Positions 48,409-51,903 of a stretch of 51,903 nucleotides of DNA are shown here, one piece after another. The stretch comes from Simkaniaceae bacterium. GTDB lineage: Bacteria; Chlamydiota; Chlamydiia; Chlamydiales; JAJFMI01. Location of the stretch: NCBI GenBank assembly GCA_040880145.1, contig JBBDIZ010000004.1:1-51903 (forward strand). Reading direction: 5' to 3'. The position numbers were made by a program, and so were the translations under genes. Within the stretch, counting starts at the first letter, position 1. Each line of letters opens with the position of its first letter. The notes under the pieces were generated by a model. That model searched no databases. It was not told the origin of the DNA and saw only the letters and a program-made list of their open reading frames with translations.

Positions 48409-49286
48409 TTTATATGCTTCAAAATATAAGGAGGAAGAGCAAATGCCCCTTTATGGATGGGCTTTGTATAGTATTTTAATGAAGAAATTTCACTCTCTCT
48501 AGAAGCTTTCATCTTATAATTTTGATCAGTTGAAAGAGAGAAAACCATAAAGCCTCCCACATAGGTAGGAATCGGCGCAATAAAGTGATGAACATTTTCA
48601 AAGACAGTTGACAGTTTTTGATGAGCATCTACTAATTCATCTTCTTGAATCAGCGGAACCCCGTTTTGACTGACAAATAGGCCTTTTTTATTCAGGCATT
48701 TTTTGCAGTTTTGGTAAAAAGAGGTATCAAAAAGTATGGCGCCGGGTCCCACGGGATCTGTTGAATCGCAAATAATCACATCAAATTTTTCTGTCGTATT
48801 TCGTATAAATTCGGCTCCATCATCGATGACGATATGTGCTTTTTCATGATCGAACGCACCATTTGAATGTCGAGGTAAGTAGGTTTTACATAAATCAACT
48901 ACTGCCTGGTCAATTTCAACCAGGGTTACTTTTTCAACGCTCTGATGTTTGAGCACCTCTCTTATAGATCCTCCATCTCCTCCCCCGATAATCAGGACAT
49001 TTTTGGGATTTTCATGAGTCATCATAGGAACATGTACGATCATTTCATGATAGATAAACTCATCTCCCTCGGTTGTTTGAATTATTCCATCTAAAGCAAG
49101 AACTCGGCCAAAATCTTCATTTTCAAAAATAATCAGCTCTTGATGATCGCTTTTTTCTTCAAAAAGGATATCTTTTATTTTAAAAGTTTGATGCCAAGAG
49201 GGGTTGAAATAAAAATTTTCACTATAGTGCTGTTTTGCAAATACGAGGAGGGGGAGAAGAGTAAAAGATAAATATTTTAATTTCAA
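48405..49286 (-). CDS. speE: Spermidine synthase (polyamine aminopropyltransferase)
   Basis: LDGIIQ, YHEMIVH, IIGGGDGG and DSTDPVGPG motifs; probable TTG start at 49286 (the ORF track starts at 49328). Confidence 0.93.
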   Translation of the reverse strand: MKLKYLSFTLLPLLVFAKQHYSENFYFNPSWHQTFKIKDILFEEKSDHQELIIFENEDFGRVLALDGIIQTTEGDEFIYHEMIVHVPMMTHENPKNVLIIGGGDGGSIREVLKHQSVEKVTLVEIDQAVVDLCKTYLPRHSNGAFDHEKAHIVIDDGAEFIRNTTEKFDVIICDSTDPVGPGAILFDTSFYQNCKKCLNKKGLFVSQNGVPLIQEDELVDAHQKLSTVFENVHHFIAPIPTYVGGFMVFSLSTDQNYKMKASRESEISSLKYYTKPIHKGAFALPPYILKHIK

Positions 49287-49324
49287 AATGCGCCTTTGAT
49301 TTTTCAGGAATTCTGCCAGAACGT

Positions 49325-49999
49325 TCAATTTTTGTTGAGTTCTTTTTCAATTTTTTTCATCTGCTTTCCAATATCGATGGAGCACTCCTCTAAAATTTCG
49401 ATTGTCCTATCATCTTGAACCCTATTGATTATTTGATCTCTTTTTAAGAGTAGTTCGATGATTTGAGGTTTGAAAAGGGTAAAAAATGCATTGATCCATT
49501 GATTGGTCAGGTAGGAGGGGTAAGCATGGGAAATTTTAAATTGATTAAGATTTTGAACCAGTACCTTTGATTTTATGACTTCACCACCTGTTACCCACTT
49601 GTTCGTTGTAAAAATAGAAAGGGGCTGCGCCCGATGATCCATAGAAATCCCAATTAAATGGTGAAATTTTCCATTGATCTTGATGAAAGTATGAAAATGC
49701 CCATGTTCTTGTTCTCTATGAGCATGGTAGTAATAAAGGGCGCCTGTTTCATGGTCTTTAACATCACCTTCCGGGTAATGTTGATAGGTATAGTAGGTGC
49801 CTTGATTTGCAAGAAGCTCTTTTACAATATTTGATTGAGTTTTGCTTAAAATTTGCTCAAAGCAGCGCATTTTCTGTCCTGCTTTTCTCATTGTTTTTAA
49901 TTCTTTTTTAGCAAAATTTTCCGTTTCTTCATTCGTATGCTCTATCAAAAGCAAGGGAATTAGAAATAAGAAAAGAAGAAGGAGTCGTTTTTTTTTCAT
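49325..49999 (-). CDS. His-rich hypothetical protein (DUF6969-like)
   Basis: YYYHAH..EHGHFHTF and HLIGISMD...FTTNKWVTG motifs; N-terminal hydrophobic segment. Confidence 0.75.
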   Translation of the reverse strand: MKKKRLLLLFLFLIPLLLIEHTNEETENFAKKELKTMRKAGQKMRCFEQILSKTQSNIVKELLANQGTYYTYQHYPEGDVKDHETGALYYYHAHREQEHGHFHTFIKINGKFHHLIGISMDHRAQPLSIFTTNKWVTGGEVIKSKVLVQNLNQFKISHAYPSYLTNQWINAFFTLFKPQIIELLLKRDQIINRVQDDRTIEILEECSIDIGKQMKKIEKELNKN

Positions 50000-50064
50000 A
50001 TCTTATTGCATTTTCTAAATTTTTTTTATAGTTTTGAGTAAATGGTGTCAACACTGGAGTCGTT

Positions 50065-50910
50065 ATGCATCGATTTAATTTTATGTCAGCTATTGTAGCA
50101 GGTTTTATTGCGACAGTTGTCATGACAATTTGGATGGCCTTCTTTGGAATGAATATTATGAAGCTGCTTGGATTAACAGCAGGTATGGAAGGCGGGTCGG
50201 TTTACTTAGTTGGAGGATTAATTCACCTCATCATCGGATTATTCTGGGGACTTGTTTATGCACTTATATTTGAACCGTTGCTTCAAAAACTTCCCGGATT
50301 TCTTTCAGGTGCTCTTTTTTCTTTAATTCCTTTTGTGCTTGCCATGATCTTCATGGGAACCTTTATAAGTACAATCAAAAATGTATTCAAAGCAGATGTT
50401 AAGCATGAAAATCCAAGCGCAGTGTCAAGAAGGCAAGCTTCTCAAGCTGGGCAGCAGTTAAATCCTGATGGAAATGGAGCTTGTCCTAATAAAGACTGTG
50501 TAGAAAAGAAATGCCCCTCAAAGACTTGTCCGGGAAGATGTCCTATGTGTCCAAAAATGGCACCGGAGGATGCAAATGGAAACGGCGCTTCTGATTCAGG
50601 GTTGAAAAAGACTGCTTATTCAGATTGGGGAGATTCAGCAAACGATGCAAAGTGTGCAGCCAAACCCTATAGTGAAAAACCCAATCAGGATGATTACCCT
50701 TGTTATCCTTGCAAGGAAGATTACAAAGATGCCCTATGCAAGCCAAATAGCTCGCCTTGCGGCTATATGTGTAGTCCTCATACTCAGAATGGGGGGATTC
50801 ACTCTTCTTCACTTCCAATATGGCTATGGAGCTTAATCAATCATTTAGTTTTTGGTGTCGTTCTTGGTTTTATTTATAAACCTCATAAGAAAGAAAATCC
50901 AACAAGCTAA
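50065..50910 (+). CDS. Membrane protein with a large Cys-rich loop
   Basis: Three N-terminal TM helices with an IHLIIG motif, a 12-Cys insertion, and a final TM with NHLVFG. Confidence 0.8.
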   Translation: MHRFNFMSAIVAGFIATVVMTIWMAFFGMNIMKLLGLTAGMEGGSVYLVGGLIHLIIGLFWGLVYALIFEPLLQKLPGFLSGALFSLIPFVLAMIFMGTFISTIKNVFKADVKHENPSAVSRRQASQAGQQLNPDGNGACPNKDCVEKKCPSKTCPGRCPMCPKMAPEDANGNGASDSGLKKTAYSDWGDSANDAKCAAKPYSEKPNQDDYPCYPCKEDYKDALCKPNSSPCGYMCSPHTQNGGIHSSSLPIWLWSLINHLVFGVVLGFIYKPHKKENPTS

Positions 50911-50925
50911 TTTTTGTTCTTTTAT

Positions 50926-50961
50926 TTTCGACAAGTCTAAGGTTTTTTAGGCTTGTCGAAA
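50926..50961. terminator. Stem-loop, probable terminator
   Basis: 15-bp stem TTTCGACAAGTCTAA / TTAGGCTTGTCGAAA with one G-U pair. Confidence 0.55.
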
Positions 50962-50986
50962 TCTAACCTTAAATTTTGAGTTGAAT

Positions 50987-51823
50987 ATGTACCCAGATGT
51001 TGTCTATCCAGATGTAAAAATTCTTAAACTTTTAAAAGGTCAAAAAGCTTTAGTAACAGGAGGGGATTCCGGAATTGGAAAAGGTGTTGCGCTTGCGCTC
51101 GCAGAAGCGGGCTGTGATGTGGTCGTGAATACGCATAGTCACCTAGATCGAGCGGATGAGGTTGTGAAAACCATTCAGGGGTTTGGTGTCAATGCCTATG
51201 CTCACCAAGCGGATGTTTCTAAGGAAGAGGATGTCGTTAAGATGTTTCAAAAAATGAAAGAAACTTTTGGAACAATTGATGTTCTTATCAATAATGCCGG
51301 ACTTCAACAAGATGCTCCCTTTGTAGAGATGACCTTAGAAAAATGGCAAACAGTCATTGGGATCAATCTAACCGGTCAATTTTTATGTGCTCGCGAAGCT
51401 GTAAAGGAGTTTTTAAGACGCGGAGTTAAGAAAGAGGTGAGCTGCTCAGCAGGAAAAATTCTTTGCATGAGCTCTGTTCACGAAATCGTGCCTTGGGCCG
51501 GCCATGCTAATTATGCGGCTTCAAAAGGGGGGATTCATATGATGATGCAGTCTCTTGCTCAGGAAATGGCTCCCAGCCGTATTCGTGTGAATTCAATTGG
51601 ACCCGGCGCAATTAAAACTCCAATAAATAAAGCCGCTTGGGAAACAGAGGAAGCCTATAAAAATTTGATGAAATTGATTCCTTACAATCGTATTGGAGAG
51701 CCTGAAGATGTAGCAAGAGCTGCTGTTTGGCTTGTTTCAGATCAGGCAGATTACATCAATGGAATTACACTTTTTGTTGATGGTGGAATGACACTTTTTC
51801 CGGGATTTCGTACAGGAGGATGA
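50987..51823 (+). CDS. SDR oxidoreductase, glucose 1-dehydrogenase-like
   Basis: TGGDSGIG, NNAG, SSVHE..PW, YAASK and PGAIKTPIN motifs. Confidence 0.92.
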   Translation: MYPDVVYPDVKILKLLKGQKALVTGGDSGIGKGVALALAEAGCDVVVNTHSHLDRADEVVKTIQGFGVNAYAHQADVSKEEDVVKMFQKMKETFGTIDVLINNAGLQQDAPFVEMTLEKWQTVIGINLTGQFLCAREAVKEFLRRGVKKEVSCSAGKILCMSSVHEIVPWAGHANYAASKGGIHMMMQSLAQEMAPSRIRVNSIGPGAIKTPINKAAWETEEAYKNLMKLIPYNRIGEPEDVARAAVWLVSDQADYINGITLFVDGGMTLFPGFRTGG

Positions 51824-51903
51824 ATTCTAATTATTTTGGTATAAAAGCTCTCAGTACAGGACATTTTTTAGCTAGCACATCATAGAACCTCCTTTATATC
51901 GAC

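Noticed and set aside
50976..50986. 11-nt match (TTGAGTTGAAT) to the flank/putative guide of the 44737-44969 element, at the SDR gene start
   Set aside because: A short AT-rich match that could plausibly occur by chance in 52 kb; worth revisiting only if the guide-RNA idea is confirmed.

Overview
This window comes from an environmental Chlamydiota genome. The conserved block rpsA-nusA-infB-rbfA-truB-ribF-(insert)-ychF-cdsU-cdsV-copN-scc1-malQ, the rpe..efp-accB-accC block and a SEC-C gene next to tRNA-Thr/tRNA-Tyr all match chlamydial gene order. Accessory content includes two RHS/YD loci. The first (907-6027) is a canonical signal-peptide RHS toxin followed by a candidate immunity gene, a 24-aa orphan toxin-tip remnant and a second candidate immunity gene. 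The second (35050-39738) appears circularly permuted: late YD repeats, the DPxG autoprotease core and a His/Cys papain-like cargo come first, then a DUF1598-like domain, then the normally N-terminal DUF6531-like module and the early YD repeats. Downstream of tRNA-Tyr is a ~230-nt structured non-coding element ending in an IS200/IS605-like end hairpin (an omegaRNA/HEARO-like candidate), with no nuclease gene nearby and a signal-peptide 2H phosphoesterase next to it. Also present are four tRNAs, a kinase-less ribF, an ACT-less aspartate kinase, an 86-bp palindromic element and several effector-like AT-rich ORFs. All domain calls come from reading motifs by eye; no database searches were run.
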